A DNA stretch of 64,000 bases from the human T2T-CHM13v2.0 reference genome, Homo sapiens: assembly GCF_009914755.1 (NCBI RefSeq), contig NC_060944.1; one strand, given 5' to 3'. Below are positions 27,225 through 40,542 of the stretch, piece after piece. The notes under the pieces are model-generated. The model saw only the letters and a list, made by a program, of their open reading frames with translations. It was not told the origin of the DNA and searched no databases. How positions within the stretch are numbered: position 1 is the first letter of the stretch; each line of letters opens with the position of its first letter. A program made the position numbers and the translations under genes.

Positions 27225-27645
27225 TGTCGTAGTTCATTTGTGTGGCTATAAAGGAATACCTGAGGCTGGGTCACTTATAGAGAAGAGAGGTCTGTTTGGC
27301 TCATGGTTCTGCAAGCTGCACAGGAAGCATGGCACCAGCATCTGCTTCTGGCAAGGGCCTCAGGAAGCTTCCGCTCATGGTGAAAGGTGAAGGGGAAGCA
27401 AGGGAGCTAGTGCACAGAGATCAGACAGCGAGAGCATGGGGAGCAAGAGAGGGGAGCAGGTTCTTTTCAACAATCAGTTCTTGTGGGAACTAAGAGTGAG
27501 AACTCACTCCCCCGAGAATAGCACCAAACTGTTCATGAATGATCCGCCCCACAACCCAAATACCTTCAACCAGGCCCCACCTCCGACACTGGGGATCAGA
27601 TCCCCACAGGAGGCTTGGCAGGGCCAAACCAACCAAACCACAGCA
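27225..27645. mobile_element. MST (MSTB-like) MaLR LTR
   Basis: TG...CA ends; ATAAAGGAATACCTGAGGCTGGG...GGCTCATGGTTCTGCAAGCTG...CCAGGCCCCACCTCC. Confidence 0.88.
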
Positions 27646-30600
27646 GTTTTCTTCTAAAAGTTTGTTTATGTTGAACATTTAGGCCTTTGATCCATTTTAG
27701 TTAGTTTTTGTATATCTTGTTGGGTAAGGGTCCAACATCATTCTTTTGCATGTGGATGTCCAGTTTTCTTAGAAACACTTGTTGAAAGGACTGTCCTTTC
27801 CCCATCAAATGGTCTTGGCACCATTGTAAAAAAATCATTTAACCATGTATGTGAGTGTTTATTTCTGGGCTCTCCATTCTATTTTATTTGGTCTATATGT
27901 CTGATTTTATGTCAGTACCATATTACTTTGATTACAGTAGCTTTGTAGCAAGTTTTGAAATCAGGAAGTGTGAGTTCTCCAGCTCTGTTTTTTTTTTCTT
28001 TTTCAAAGTTGCTTCGGTTATTCAGTGTTCCTTGAGATTCCATAGAAATTTTAGGATGGGTTTTTCTATTTCTGCAAAATACGTCACTGAGATTTTGATA
28101 GGGATTACATTAAATCTGTATATTGCTTTGGATAGTATTGCCATTCTCACAATATTAAGTCAATACATGAACATGGGATGTCTTTCCATTTATTTATCTC
28201 TTCTTTAATTTCTTTCAGCAATATTTTGTAGTTTTTATTGTATGTCTTTCATCTCATAGGTTAGGTTAATTCTTAGTATTTTATTCTTTTTTATGCTATT
28301 ATATGTGGAATTGTTTTCTTAATTTCCTTTTCAGATTGCTTGTTAGTGTATAGAAATACAACTGATTTTTATCTGTTGACTTTCCATCTTCTTACTTTGC
28401 TGAATTCATTTATTAGTTCCTGCAGTTTTTGTGTGTGTCATATTTAGTGTATTTTACATCTGCAAACAGAGACTTTTTTTAAGTTCTTTCTTTCTAATTT
28501 GGATGTCATTTATTTTTCTTGTCTAATCACTGGATAAAACATCCAGTACTATCTCAAATAGAAGTAGTGAAAGCAGGCATCCTTCCCTTCTTCCTGATAT
28601 TAGACAAAAAGCTTTCAGTATTTCACCACTGAATATGATGTTCTTTGTGGGTTTCTGATACATGTATTTCATTATGTTGACATAGTTTCATAGTTTGTTG
28701 AATGGTTTTTATCATGAAAGGATATTGGCTTTTGTCAAATGCTTCTTCTGCATCAATTAAGATGATCATGTGGTTTTTTTCCTTCATTCTGTTAATGTGT
28801 ATTACATTGATTGATTTTCATATGTTGAACCATCCTTGCATTCCAGGAATAAATCCCACTTGGTCCTGGGGCATAATCCTTTTAATATACTGCTGAATTT
28901 GATTTGCTAGTATTTTATTGAGGATTTTTGCATCAGTGTTTATTAAAAATATTGGTCTGTATTTCATACCATTGTGGTCAGAGAAGTTATTTTGTATGAT
29001 ATCTATCTTTTTAAGATCTATTGAAATTTAATTTGTAAACTAACATAGTCTATCTTAGAAATTGTTTCATGTGCACTTAAGGATGTGTAAGCTGTTGCTG
29101 TTGGGTAGAATGTTCTGTATATGTCTGTTATATCTTGTGGGTTTATTGTGTTGTTTAACTCTTCTGTTTCCTTATTTATCTTTTGTATGATTATTCTATC
29201 TATTATAGAGAGAGGATATTGAGGTCTCTAACTGTTACTGTATTAATAGAACTGTCTATTTCTTCCTTCAACTCTGTCAGTTTTTTGCTTCATACATTTT
29301 GATTATCTGTTGTTAGGTGTATAAATGTTTATAATCATTATATCTTCTTGCTGTGTTGAACCTTCTATTAATATATGATGCCCTTGTCTTTGCTCTTCTT
29401 TGTCTCTTTTTAAATTGTAAACTCTATTTTGTCTGATATTACTATAGCTACCCCTACTCTGTTTGGTTGCTATTTGCATGGAATATCTTTTCCATCTTTT
29501 TACTTTCAATCTATTTGTGTCTTTGGATCTAGAGTGAGTCTTTTGAAGATAGCATATAGTTGGATCATATGTTTTTATTCATTCTTTCAATCTGTGTCTT
29601 TTGACTGGAGTCAAACCCATTTATACTTAAAGTAATTACTGATGAGGAAGGACTGGCTTCTGTCATTTTGCTATGTTTTCTATATGCCTTAGAGTTTTTG
29701 TCCTGCATTTCCTACATTAGTGTCTTTTGTGTTTAGTTCATATTTTAGTGAAATGTTTAAATTTCTCATTTCTTTTTGTATACAGTCTATAGCTATTTTC
29801 CTTGTGGTTACCATGGCATTACATTTAGCATATTAAATTTCTAATTTGGATTCATAGCACCTTAACTTTGATAACATACACAAACTCTGCTTCTTTATAG
29901 CTCTGTCCCTACCCTTTTCAGTTATTAATGTCACAAAATTAAATCTAAACTAATAATTCTTTTAAGTGCATTAGTCTCAAATTATGTAGAAAACAAAATG
30001 TGGAATTACAAACCAAATTTACAGTAGTGCTAGTTTTGACTAATAACTTTTTAAAAAAGTATTAGTATCTTAAATCATATAGGAAACAAAATTGCAGTTA
30101 CAAACCACTGTGGCAATAATGCTAACTTTTATAATTGGCCATGTATTTGTTTTTATTGAGACCTTTATTTCTTCATACAGCTTCTAGTTACTGTCTGGTG
30201 TCCTTTATTTCATCTTGCAGGACTCCCTTTAGCATTTCTTACATGGAAGGTCTAGTGATAACAAACTCCCTCAGCTTTTGTTTATCTGGGAATGTCTTAG
30301 TTTCTCCCTCACTCTTGAAAGACAGTTTTGACAGATATAGGATTCTTGTTTGTTTGTTTTAAATTTTATTTTAGCACTTGGAATATATTGGCCCACTGTC
30401 ATCTGGCCTCCAAAGTGTCTGATGAAAAACTGGCTTGCAATCTAATAGAGGATCCTTTGTATGTGACAAATTTCTTCTCTCTTGGTGCTTTCAAGATTCC
30501 AGAGTCCTCCTGGAGGTGGAGTGTGGAGGGCACATGTGGGTGCACACAGTGGGCCACCCAGACCCCTCTCAGCACAGGGGTTTGCTAGCAGCTCACAGCT

Positions 30601-30739
30601 GAGTCTCTTTCCCAGGGCCATCCCTCCTTAGGGTCAGCCTCCATCCCAGGACATGGAGCCCTGCCCCCTACCTCAACTGGGACAACCCTCTCCCCTGCCC
30701 TGCCCTCCAACAAAGGGTACTGCCAGAAAGAACCTCCCT

Positions 30740-31150
30740 ATACTGGATTGAATGGTGTCCACCAAAATCGATGAGCTTCCCGGAACTTCGGAATGTGACC
30801 TTATTAGGAAATAAGGCCTTTGAAGAAATACTTAGTTAAGATGTTGTACTGAAGTGTATGGGCCCTGATCCAATCCCTGGTGTCCTTATAGGGAGACAAG
30901 AGACACACAGCCACAGAGGACAAGGCCATATGAGATGGAGGCAGAGACTGGAGAGATGCCGCCACAAGCCAAGGATGTGTGGGGCCACCAGGAGCTGGGG
31001 GAGGTGAGGAACAGATTCTCCAGAGAGCCTGTGGAGGGAACCAGCCTACCAACACCTTGGTGCTGGGCTTCTGGCCTCAGAACTCAGACAGTGAATCTGT
31101 GTTGTTTGAAGCCTCCTAGTTTGGTCCTTGGTTACAGCAGCCCCAGGACA
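30740..31150 (+). mobile_element. MaLR LTR (MLT1B/C-like)
   Basis: GAATGTGACCTTATTAGGAAATAAGGCC...GGAGGCAGAGACTGGAG...GCCACAAGCCAAGGA...GTTACAGCAGCCC. Confidence 0.85.
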
Positions 31151-33355
31151 CTCAGTCCCCAGCAGCCCCTGCAGCAAATCTCAGTGTCTCTCCCCCCATC
31201 TGTTTGCAGAGGCCCCATCAACGAACAAATGCAGACAACTCTTCCTGGAGTTTTGCATTAAAGACAAGAAGCTGGGGGCACAGCGAGGGGGACATGAGGT
31301 CAAGGCGCTGCTGCTTTGTTAGGTAGGGGAGATTGAGCATGTTTGTATCCTGATGGGAATGGACAAGCAGCAGGAGCATCTGATGGCACAGCAACCAGGG
31401 GGCCACCCCTTAAGGACAGGTGGGCCGGCTTGCCTTGGAGCATGGGTGCTTGCTCACAGGCTCGGGGCAAGGCACAGATGCGGGAGGCACAGACGCGGCA
31501 GTGGGAGCAGCTGGGTCCATCTTCTCCCAGCTCTGGGCACAGGTGGGAGGCACAGTGCGTGCTTTCCCTGCAGGCTTCCTGTGCTTCGCCCCGAGCCATC
31601 TCCCCAGGTCTGAGTTCCTCTGCTGGTCCAGGAGGGTCTCAGTGCGGTGGGACAAACTCGTTCCATTGGTGGATGGAGACACACCCAGTGTGGACAGAGG
31701 CTGCAAGCATCAGAGGGCGTGTCCATGCGGCAGTATTGGTGTCATGGCCATAAGGTTGGCACTTCCTACAGACTCCGGCCTTGCATTTTCAGCAGCTGGA
31801 GCTGTTCACAGCATCCTTCTCACAGGAGTTTTGGGAGCACAACCAGGTGGGGTATGCTTGAAAGCCTTAGAGTGAGGACCAGCACACCCACCCTCCTGGT
31901 GTCCCATGCAAAGCTGCTGAAGGGGCTGCTGTGGCTGAAATCTGAGCTCTGGGTGGTGCCTGCAGGAGCCCAAGCAGCTCCAGAGGGAGCCCCATTCCAC
32001 TTGACCCCTTTTCCTTATGGCAGATTCAGCTTCCCTGGGGTGAAATCGAGGGGCATTTCCCAGTTATCTCCAGGAGTATGAAATTTCCCTCTTGTTTCTG
32101 CCCACCTGAGGGGCTGCACTTGGACCCTGCCATGGGAAGAGGTCTGTTCCTCTCTGCCTCCTGGGGGACCCCCTCCTTGTGTGAGTCCCCTCTGAAGCCC
32201 TGCAGAACCTGGTCTGGGTCCTGAACAGTCCTGCCGAGGCCTGGCCTGTTGGACACAGATGCTCAAAATCTACTCAGAGCATGCTGGCCCCTGTGGAGTG
32301 GTTCCTGTTCCTGGGGGGCTTAAGTGAATGAGGGCGAGTGATTCCTTTAAACATTCTTTATGTGCTGGGCACAGGGCTAGGGGCTCAGGAACCAGGCGTG
32401 CGAAACCATGCATGGTCATGGCCTCAAAGGCCGAGCTCACCATATGTGGACACACATGGACAAGGGGGTCACTGACCTGGGAAGGCTGTGAGGGGCACTG
32501 GTCAGGGCAGGAAGGCCTTCCTAGAGGAAGTGAGTCAGGTGAGAAGAAGTTAAGGAGCACCGTTCCTCTTCTTGGGACCTTGGGCATGTCTGTGTCCCCA
32601 GCTGTAGCAGAATAAGGTGCCATCTATGGATGTGGTGCTGTGTGGTCTCATGTAGCCCCATCCACGGCCTGACCTTCCTGAAATCCATAAACGCTGAGCT
32701 ACAGATGTCACATGTGTCTAAGATCACTGGACAGAATTAGCATGCCTCAATGAAAATGAACTACGTCCCCAAGTAATGGCACGATTGCAGTTAAACTTAT
32801 GCAACTTCAGAAATAACGGCAGATAAAGGGCTAGAGACGTAGAAACCGTGGCTGGCATGAGGGAGGAGCTTAGTGAGCCATGGGATGAAGGAATGTGGTG
32901 CCTGCAGGAGCCCGAGTGGCCAGGAGCCCTGCTCTTCCCACCGTGGGACTCCTATGGCCTCCCCACCACTCCAGCCTCTGCCTGGGGCTCCTCTAGCCCC
33001 TCTAGTTGGGAGAGGTCATCCCCCAACAGAGACACAAAGTATCAAAAAGACAAGCATGCTTTTGTTTCCTGTTTCCGTCAGGTGTTTCTCTGATCCGTAA
33101 GAGCCTCCTGCCCGTTCATCCATCAACAGCCTCTGGGGACACCTTCGGCAGCAGGAATCACTGGTGTTGGGTACTGAGTTTGAATTTCTGTGCCCACCTT
33201 TGCGCTGGCACAAAGGGGCTGGCTATGTGGAAGCAGAATGTGGGGCCCTTGCTTTAAAGACCTCAGAGGCTGGTTGAAGGGATAAACCTCACACCCCCAA
33301 AATTGAGAGAAAACATCAAGGGAGCTGCACCGCAGCACCACCTTGCTCTCTGGGC

Positions 33356-33382
33356 TTCAGCACCAGGGAGGCGGACAGCTCC
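33356..33382 (+). promoter_or_regulatory. Non-canonical (wide-spaced) REST RE1 motif
   Basis: TTCAGCACC + 8-nt spacer + GGACAGCTCC; both half-sites are near consensus. Confidence 0.55.
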
Positions 33383-34181
33383 ATTCACTGTGGCCGCCAC
33401 CGCCCATCCAGGACTCCAGCCCTCCCCGCATCATCGCTCTGCTTGGCTGTCGGGGGAGGAGAGCGGCTGCTGCTGTGCATGGGTGCTTGGGGGCGGTGGG
33501 GGGTGGGGTGCAGAGGAGGCACCACCCTACCCGGGGCCATCACCAACCAATGGGGATGGGAGCGGGTAGATAAATGCCCCAGCCTCCCCAGCGTCGGTGG
33601 ACAGTTTGGAAGTGCATTCATTCTCCGTGGCTTCCCAGAGGGCCCCCAGCAGGCCTGAGCAGCAGCTCTTGTGAAACTGCCCTCCATGGGCTGCTCTCTC
33701 TTCCTGTCTCACTGTGTCCTCCGTCCCTCACTTCAGCTTCCTGGTCTCACATCCCAAACACACTACCTTCGTCCAAGTCCTTGTCTCCACCAGGGCTTAC
33801 ATTTGGGGTGCCTAGAAAAGGAGAGAGCATATAATCAATGCCAGGGTGAGTGGGGGGACACCCAGAGCCATGAGGTCCCAAGGAGGGGGCGATGGCAGGG
33901 TGGCCCGTGAGGCAGGTGGTCTGGGCCCAATCCCCGGCTCAGGATGGACAGAAGGCAGGAGCAGCCTCTGTGGGGGCTGGTGACAGTGTGAGCTGGCCCA
34001 GCAGTGGGTGGGCTTGGCTCCAAGGGTGCCACAGGGACTGTGAAGCAGGCTGGAGAGGGTGGCGAGCGGGCCTCCAGTGGGAAAACCAGGCATGGCACTG
34101 AGGCGGGCAGGTAAGTTCAGCCCTACACTCCTCCTCCTTCCGGCCGGACTCTCACGTGGATCTCTCCTTCTGGCTGTGCAG

Positions 34182-34242
34182 GTTGGATCTATGAACACGA
34201 GACACAGAAACACCAGCTGGAGGAGCCCAGGAGGCCCAGCAG
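34182..34242 (+). ncRNA. Candidate 61-nt lncRNA exon after a 71-nt intron
   Basis: Upstream donor CAG|GTAAGT at 34111, branch-like CTCAC at 34151, acceptor ending 34181, donor CAG|GTGAGG at 34243. Confidence 0.35.
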
Positions 34243-34274
34243 GTGAGGTTATCCACAGAATAGGCACGCCGCCC

Positions 34275-34815
34275 TAGTCCATGGATCACTGAGTGCCCAG
34301 ACCAGGGCTTCAGGGGGTTCCAGCCGAGGCTTTGTGAACCGGATCCTGGGTCACTGAGTAACCAGACTGGTCTCAGGAGGTTCCAGCTGAGGCTTTGTGA
34401 ACCAGATCCTGGGTCACTGAGTGCCCGGACCAGGGGTTCAGGAGGTTCCGGCCGAGGCTTTATGAACCGGATCCTCCTCTTTGCGTTTCAAACAGCGGGA
34501 ACCATCTTAGTCCATGGGCCACTGAGTGCCTGGACCAGGGGTTCAGGAGGTTCCGGACGAGGCTTTATGAACCGGATCCTCCTCTTTGCATTTCAAACAG
34601 TGGGAACCATCTTAGTCCATGGGCCACTGAGTGCCCGGACCAGGGCTTCAGGGGGTTCCAGCCGAGGCTTTGTGAACCAGATCCTGGGTCATTGAGTGCC
34701 CGGACCAGGGGTTCAGGAGGTTCTGGCCGAGGCTTTATGAACCGGATCCTCCTCTTTGCGTTTCAAACAGCGGGAACCATCGTAGTCCATGGGCCACTGA
34801 GTGCCCGGACCAGGG
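34275..34815. repeat. Compound tandem repeat of short (63-65 bp) and long (105 bp) units in order S,S,L,L,S,L
   Basis: CA(C/T)TGAGT anchors at 34287, 34352, 34415, 34520, 34625, 34690 and 34795. Confidence 0.92.
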
Positions 34816-36935
34816 CCCCGGGGCTTCCTGACAGCAGGAACAACAGGAATCATTCAAACCCTGGAGCCCAGAGGGCAGGACGGGAGCGGCCTTTTGTCCC
34901 CCGCGGGCAGGCCAGGGAGGTGGACAGGCCGGGAGCCTGAAGCCTGAGCAGCTGGAGGCTCGCTCATTCTCCCGTGGTCACTGTGTTCCCGGAGCCCCAA
35001 CAGAGGGCCAATTGTCCCACGGGGCGGTGCCTGGTGGGTGTGGTGTCTTGGCGGCAGCCACTGCCTGGCTGTTCTCAGGATCCCAATCCCAGGTGAAGGC
35101 TGCAGTCCTCTTGCTGTGTGTGGACTATTTAGCTCCGTGGGCGGCCACCTTGCCATGGGGCCACAGCAGCCATTCCAGAGGCTCCCCCAGTGCCCTCCTC
35201 GCCCGGGGGGGGGTGCTCCCGGGTGTGGTCCGGCTGAGGAGTCTCACTCGCAGGAAAGGTGGCGTGTGACGGGCTGGAGCCGGCCTGCGAAGTCTGCCTG
35301 GTGGCCATGGCTCAGGGGCCTGTGTCTCCCGGACGCCCCCAGCGGGGCCTCTCTTGAAGGGACTTTGTGCTCCTGCCAGGAGAAAACAGCCCTAACAGCT
35401 GCCTCCTGGGCCATTTCCAAACATTCGTGTGTCAGGCCAGAGAGCGCCAGTTCGTTGCCCTTTTGGGTGGTTCCAAACGTGTGGAGTTGGGGCCCTGGCA
35501 GCTTCGGACCACCAGCCCCCCTTCACTGAGGGGTTCGTCATCACCAAGCCTCAGCCAGAGATGTTAAACTGGAAAAACAATCACGGACCCCCGTGGGGGA
35601 AGCAGCTTCTGGTCTGGGGACAGTCATGAGCTCTGCATGCAGCTGCCGGTGTCCCTTCTCGGTGCCTGGCGGGTATCAGGGCTCACCCTTGGCCTGGCCA
35701 CACCTACCGCCTCTCAGGCCCACACCTCTTCCCGGAAGACACCTGGAGGCTTCAACACCGGCTCACGCCCTTTCCTGGAAGAAACCTGGAGGCTTGGACG
35801 CCGGCCCATACCCATTTTTGGACACCGGGGGCTTCAATATCTGTGGCATCAGCTCCTCAGCTCTCTCTTCCCTCAGCATCCCACTGACCCGAAATTCCAG
35901 GAGATCCCGAGATGGGCCAAACACAAAACAAGAAAACAACAAAAACACCCTCTCCAGAAAGTAGAGAGGAGGCTCGGAGTGAAGGTGTGAAGTGCTGTGC
36001 CCGGCACAAAGTTCATCCGGACAGAGCGGCTCCTTCCCATCTGAAGCTCCCATTTTCCTACAGAAATGAGTTCCGACATGCACTGCACAGCTGCTCTCTC
36101 TCCGCTTTGCAAAGCAGGAACTCATGATGTCTGATGAGAATCCACTCTGCTCTGGTCTGAGCTGGGGCAAATCTTCGTTTGTCCTCCGCCTGTCCAACCC
36201 AGCCCTCGCCTGCAGGGCATCTCAGAGCCCAGCACCTTCCCTGACGCTCTGCTGAGCCCGGAGCCACTTGGAGCTCAGGAACAGCAGAGGGAGGGAGGCC
36301 ACGGGGTCTCAGCACAGAACCAGCAAGTCCGAGGCTGGACATCTGAGCAGCGGGTGGTTGACAGGGCCCATGGGCAGACCCCGCGGGCAGAGGACCGGGG
36401 TCTCTGCCTCACCCGCTTCCACCGCCCTTGGGTGCACCTGGCCAAGGCCGTCAGCAAACCGAGCCAGGCCTGTGTCCTGGTTCCCTCATGGGCTCATGGT
36501 CCTCCTGCCACCCTGCGAGAGCACCCCCGTGCACGCTGCCTGCAGCTCCCAGCCGCGAACGGCAGAGGCCCAGTCCCGCCGTCACACCCTCGTCCCGCCT
36601 GGCTTTCAGCGACGTCACCTTTGCCTGGCAACATTCAGGCGGGGCTGCTCAGGCCTGCTGATTCCATCATTTAAAGACGCCCATTTCTTCTAAGCCAGGG
36701 ATTTTATGACGCTGAGGATTAGAAGCTGTTATCCCAACCAACCCTGGAGCACTCTGTTCTGATTTGATGGTAAGCTTCACTAATAAACTGTTTAAAACAT
36801 ACGCTAATTGTGTTTATTGTATTCTTTAATTATCATATGTATCATTAAGGATGTGCTTCTCCTGGAATCCGAGGGCCTTGCAGCCTCTCCCCGCCGTGTG
36901 TGCATGCGTGCACATGTCTGTGTCTCCATGCGTGT

Positions 36936-36957
36936 CTGTGTGTGTGTGTGTGTGTGT
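36936..36957. repeat. (TG)n microsatellite
   Basis: About 10 TG units. Confidence 0.9.
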
Positions 36958-39900
36958 TCCTAGTGCACAGAACATTTACCTTTTACAAATTAGAAGAAAC
37001 ATCTGTGGGAGCCTGTGGTCAGTTCGGCCTTCATTTAAAGTGAGGATTTAGACAGTCTCTGAGCTTTGCCGCCCCTGGAAGCAGAGGCGGGAAACGACCG
37101 GATAAAACAGAACGATGGGGAGTTTCATCCTGTCATTTATTTTGAGTCTGACTACAGATCATTATTTCTCATTTTGGATTTCAGATGGTTTGAAATGCAA
37201 GTCTAGCTGCTCAACCATGGGGCTCTAGAAAGAGGTGCCTGGCTATCACTCAAGGGGTTGTGGGAGCCCAGGACGGTCGGAGGCGCTAGGAGCTCTGGGA
37301 TTGCCTGTGAGGCCGCGCAGAGACAGGAGTTTAAGATGAATGAAGCACCCCAACCTTGCGCTCTGGGAATGCGCCGTGTTTAAGGCTCCCCTGGTCCTCT
37401 CCCGGGTGCCCCGGACCCTTCCCAAGGGCTGCTCTCCCTCTCACCGAGAGCCCCCTTGCCTCCGACCGCACCCCTGTGGCACCTGGTCACCTGCGTTCAC
37501 GTCTGCAGGTCGGCCTCTATGGGGGGGACCCACACAGCGTCCTGCCTCACTTCAGTAGTGTTTCCATTCAGACCAGATGTCCAGCCAAGGACGTTCTGCT
37601 CCCAGGTAAGACCTGTGCACCTGCCTCATCACCGTGGGCCAGTGCAGGGCCTGGCAGGAGCTGAGGGTCCTGGCACTGCTCAGGGAGGGTCCCGGGGCCC
37701 TGCAGCTCACGTGGTCCTTACCAGAATCAGGCCCTGGCCCTGCGGACTGGCCAAAAACAGGGCCCAAGCCAAGCCGCGTTCCCGTGGGTGGACGTCCACT
37801 TATTAAGAAGGCCTGTGTCCACAGGAGGCGTGATTCTGGGCGTGTGTGCACACGTGTGTGCGTGTGCGTGAATCTGACACAGAACACCTCAGCTGTTCTA
37901 ACAGCCTGCAGTGCGCACCGGGGTCTTTCTGGAGGAGACCTGAGCTGGCAGAGGGCTGTGCGGCTGTCCTCCCTCCCCTGTCCCAGCCGCATGTGGAGAA
38001 AGAGGGGCTGAGGGACGTGAGGGGGTGGTGCTGTCGGCCGGGGTGAGCCCAGCTGTGGCTGCACCAGGTTCATGACCCTGTCTGTGGCATCCAGAGCTCA
38101 CTCTGATTGCCAAGTGCAAACACCGGGCTGAGTGAGGCACTGATTCTTAAGGGCAGAAAAATTCATGCTGAGTGCTCAGCAAGGGTGTACACAGATGCGT
38201 CTGGGCCCACTGGGTGAAGGCACGCGGGACCCCTGTGACTCCGGGGTTGACCCTGCTGGGCCCAGGAAGCAGCGAGCAGGAAAACAAGCCTCACCTCTGT
38301 TGGAAGTGGGCTTCCTGGTGCGGGGGTCCCCACTCCCCACCCTGCAGCCCCTCCTCACGTCTCTGCTCTTCCGGCTGCCACCAGGCTCCCGGCACGCGGC
38401 CCTTCTTCCTTCTGAGTTGTTTTTCAGGGGCTGCGCTGGGGTCCCACGGACACCTCGCCAGAATCAGCTGGGTTCCCATGGGAAGGGGAAGTGCCGCTCC
38501 TGCGTCCCTGCACCCTTGCCCTCTGTGTGGTGTGGCGTGTCTATCCCGACTGGCGAGGCCGCGAGCCCATAGTTTGCTGCTGCTCCTTCACCGTCCGTGC
38601 TCATTCCTCAGCCTGGTACAGCCCCAACCCCCTCCCACCTTTGTGTGGTTCCAGGCCCATGCATGACACGCGTGTTCCATTTCCACGTGCTACCGGCACC
38701 AGAGCCCATTCTGTACATGCTCGTTTTTACAACCGCTTTTTAAATCAGCGAAGAGAGGAAAGGAGGTGACTCTACGCTCACAGCCTCTTGTAGCCGCCTT
38801 TCCCGGGCTCTGTGCGCCTGGGCTCCAGTCACCGTCGGGGCCCCGTGCCTGACCCCTGGGCAGCGTCCTCTTCCGTTTCTTACGAGGTGGCTCCATGCTA
38901 GGGCAGCCGAATGCCCCAGAGAAATGGGCAAAGGTGTGCAGAAGTTATCCCTGCCCAACAGGAGGGAGCACGGCCCCAGGTTTACCTGCTGTGCCTTCCA
39001 GGGAACCCCTTGCAACCTCAGCCTGCAGGGACCCAGGGCGTGGGTTCTGGATTTAGACAGGTATGGGCCTCCTCGCATCAGCCGTGTAGACTTGGGACAC
39101 GCATTCGTGTCTGGACGCAGTTTCCTCACCTCCAGACGGGAATGGCTGCAGTTCCGTGATCACAGTTCAGCGAGGATGAAGCAACCCCTCCAGGGGAAGC
39201 CTTTCCTTACAGGACCAGGCAGGTGGAGGCTCTGAGCAGAGGCTGCCATTGTTCCTCTTGCTGCAATGATGAGCGTCTCCAGCACCTGGGCTGCAGCTGT
39301 GGTGTAACAGGTGCGATCAGAACACCTGCCCAGCACCGGGCTCAGGCTCAGAGCGTCCTGAGAGTGGAAGGGGTGGGGAGGCTGGCGGCGGTGGTGGTGA
39401 GGCGGGAGCACCTGCAGGCTGGGGTCTCAGGCAGCCCCCGGAGCTTGCTGGGAGAGGGTCCCGAGCTGGGGACCCAGAGCTGACTTGAGCTTTGCTGATG
39501 ACAGACATAGCTCATCAGACAGTTGTCACCCAGGCACCTGAGAACATGGTACTACTCAGGGAAGGGCACATGGGCATTAGCCAGTCTGTAAACATACCGC
39601 AAACTCTATAGAAGTAATTGAATAGTAACTATCATGTAATTGCAGGGTAATCACATGGTTATTTTTGCTTTGCAAATTAAAGTGTTACTATGAGATTGAA
39701 CAATTATGCGGGGTAATTATACCCTGATTCACATGCTAACTCCAAGCAAAATCATCAGGTAAACCCTAGGGTGGGTAGTTACTGTATAAATATGGAGTCG
39801 TTGTGACCACATCATTATACATTAGTGGGAGAGTAGCTGGCCTCCTTTGGGATAAGCCTCCCACTGCACCTGACCCTGACTTCCCTACTGAGCACGGCTA

Positions 39901-40342
39901 GACCCCGAGAGCAACACCGGAAGCCCAGAGGCAGGGCGCCCCGAGACCTCGCACCAGGGGACCTGCTTGATGGGGCCCGTTTTTGAGCATGAAGCACATT
40001 CTGAGAAAGTTGTTCTTTTCCTGACACGCTGGGGTTTCGGCAGGGCTGGCTGCCAGCACATTAGGGTGAGAACTGGCTGCAGAGACTGCCTCTGTCACAA
40101 CCTGGCCTGCAGGCTGGGCCACCTGCACCACACCTGTGCCCCAGGCTGTTCAACTCACTTGTGACTTCGGCCTCACGGCAACCCCACAGGTAACCCCAAG
40201 AGCGGGAGGCACCTGTGTGTCAGTCACGCCACCCCCAGGCCTGGAAAAGTACCAGCACCTGTCAGGCAGGCCTGCGTCCTCCCGGAACTTAGTCACTCAC
40301 ACATATGCTGCGATGAGCCACACCCACCCAAGATGCCGTCTC

Positions 40343-40542
40343 TGTCCCTGGGTGCAGGTGACCAGACAGAGGCTGGGGAGATCGTCCCTGGGTGCAGGTT
40401 ACCAGACAGAGGCTGGGGAGATTGTCCCTGGGTGCGGGCGACCAGACGGAGGCTGGGGAGATCGTCCCTGGGTGCGGGCGACCAGACGGAGGCTGGGGAG
40501 ATCGTCCCTGGGTGCGGGCGACCAGACGGAGGCTGGGGAGAT
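40343..40542. repeat. 40-bp tandem repeat, 5 copies
   Basis: Unit GTCCCTGGGTGCGGGCGACCAGACGGAGGCTGGGGAGATC. Confidence 0.95.
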
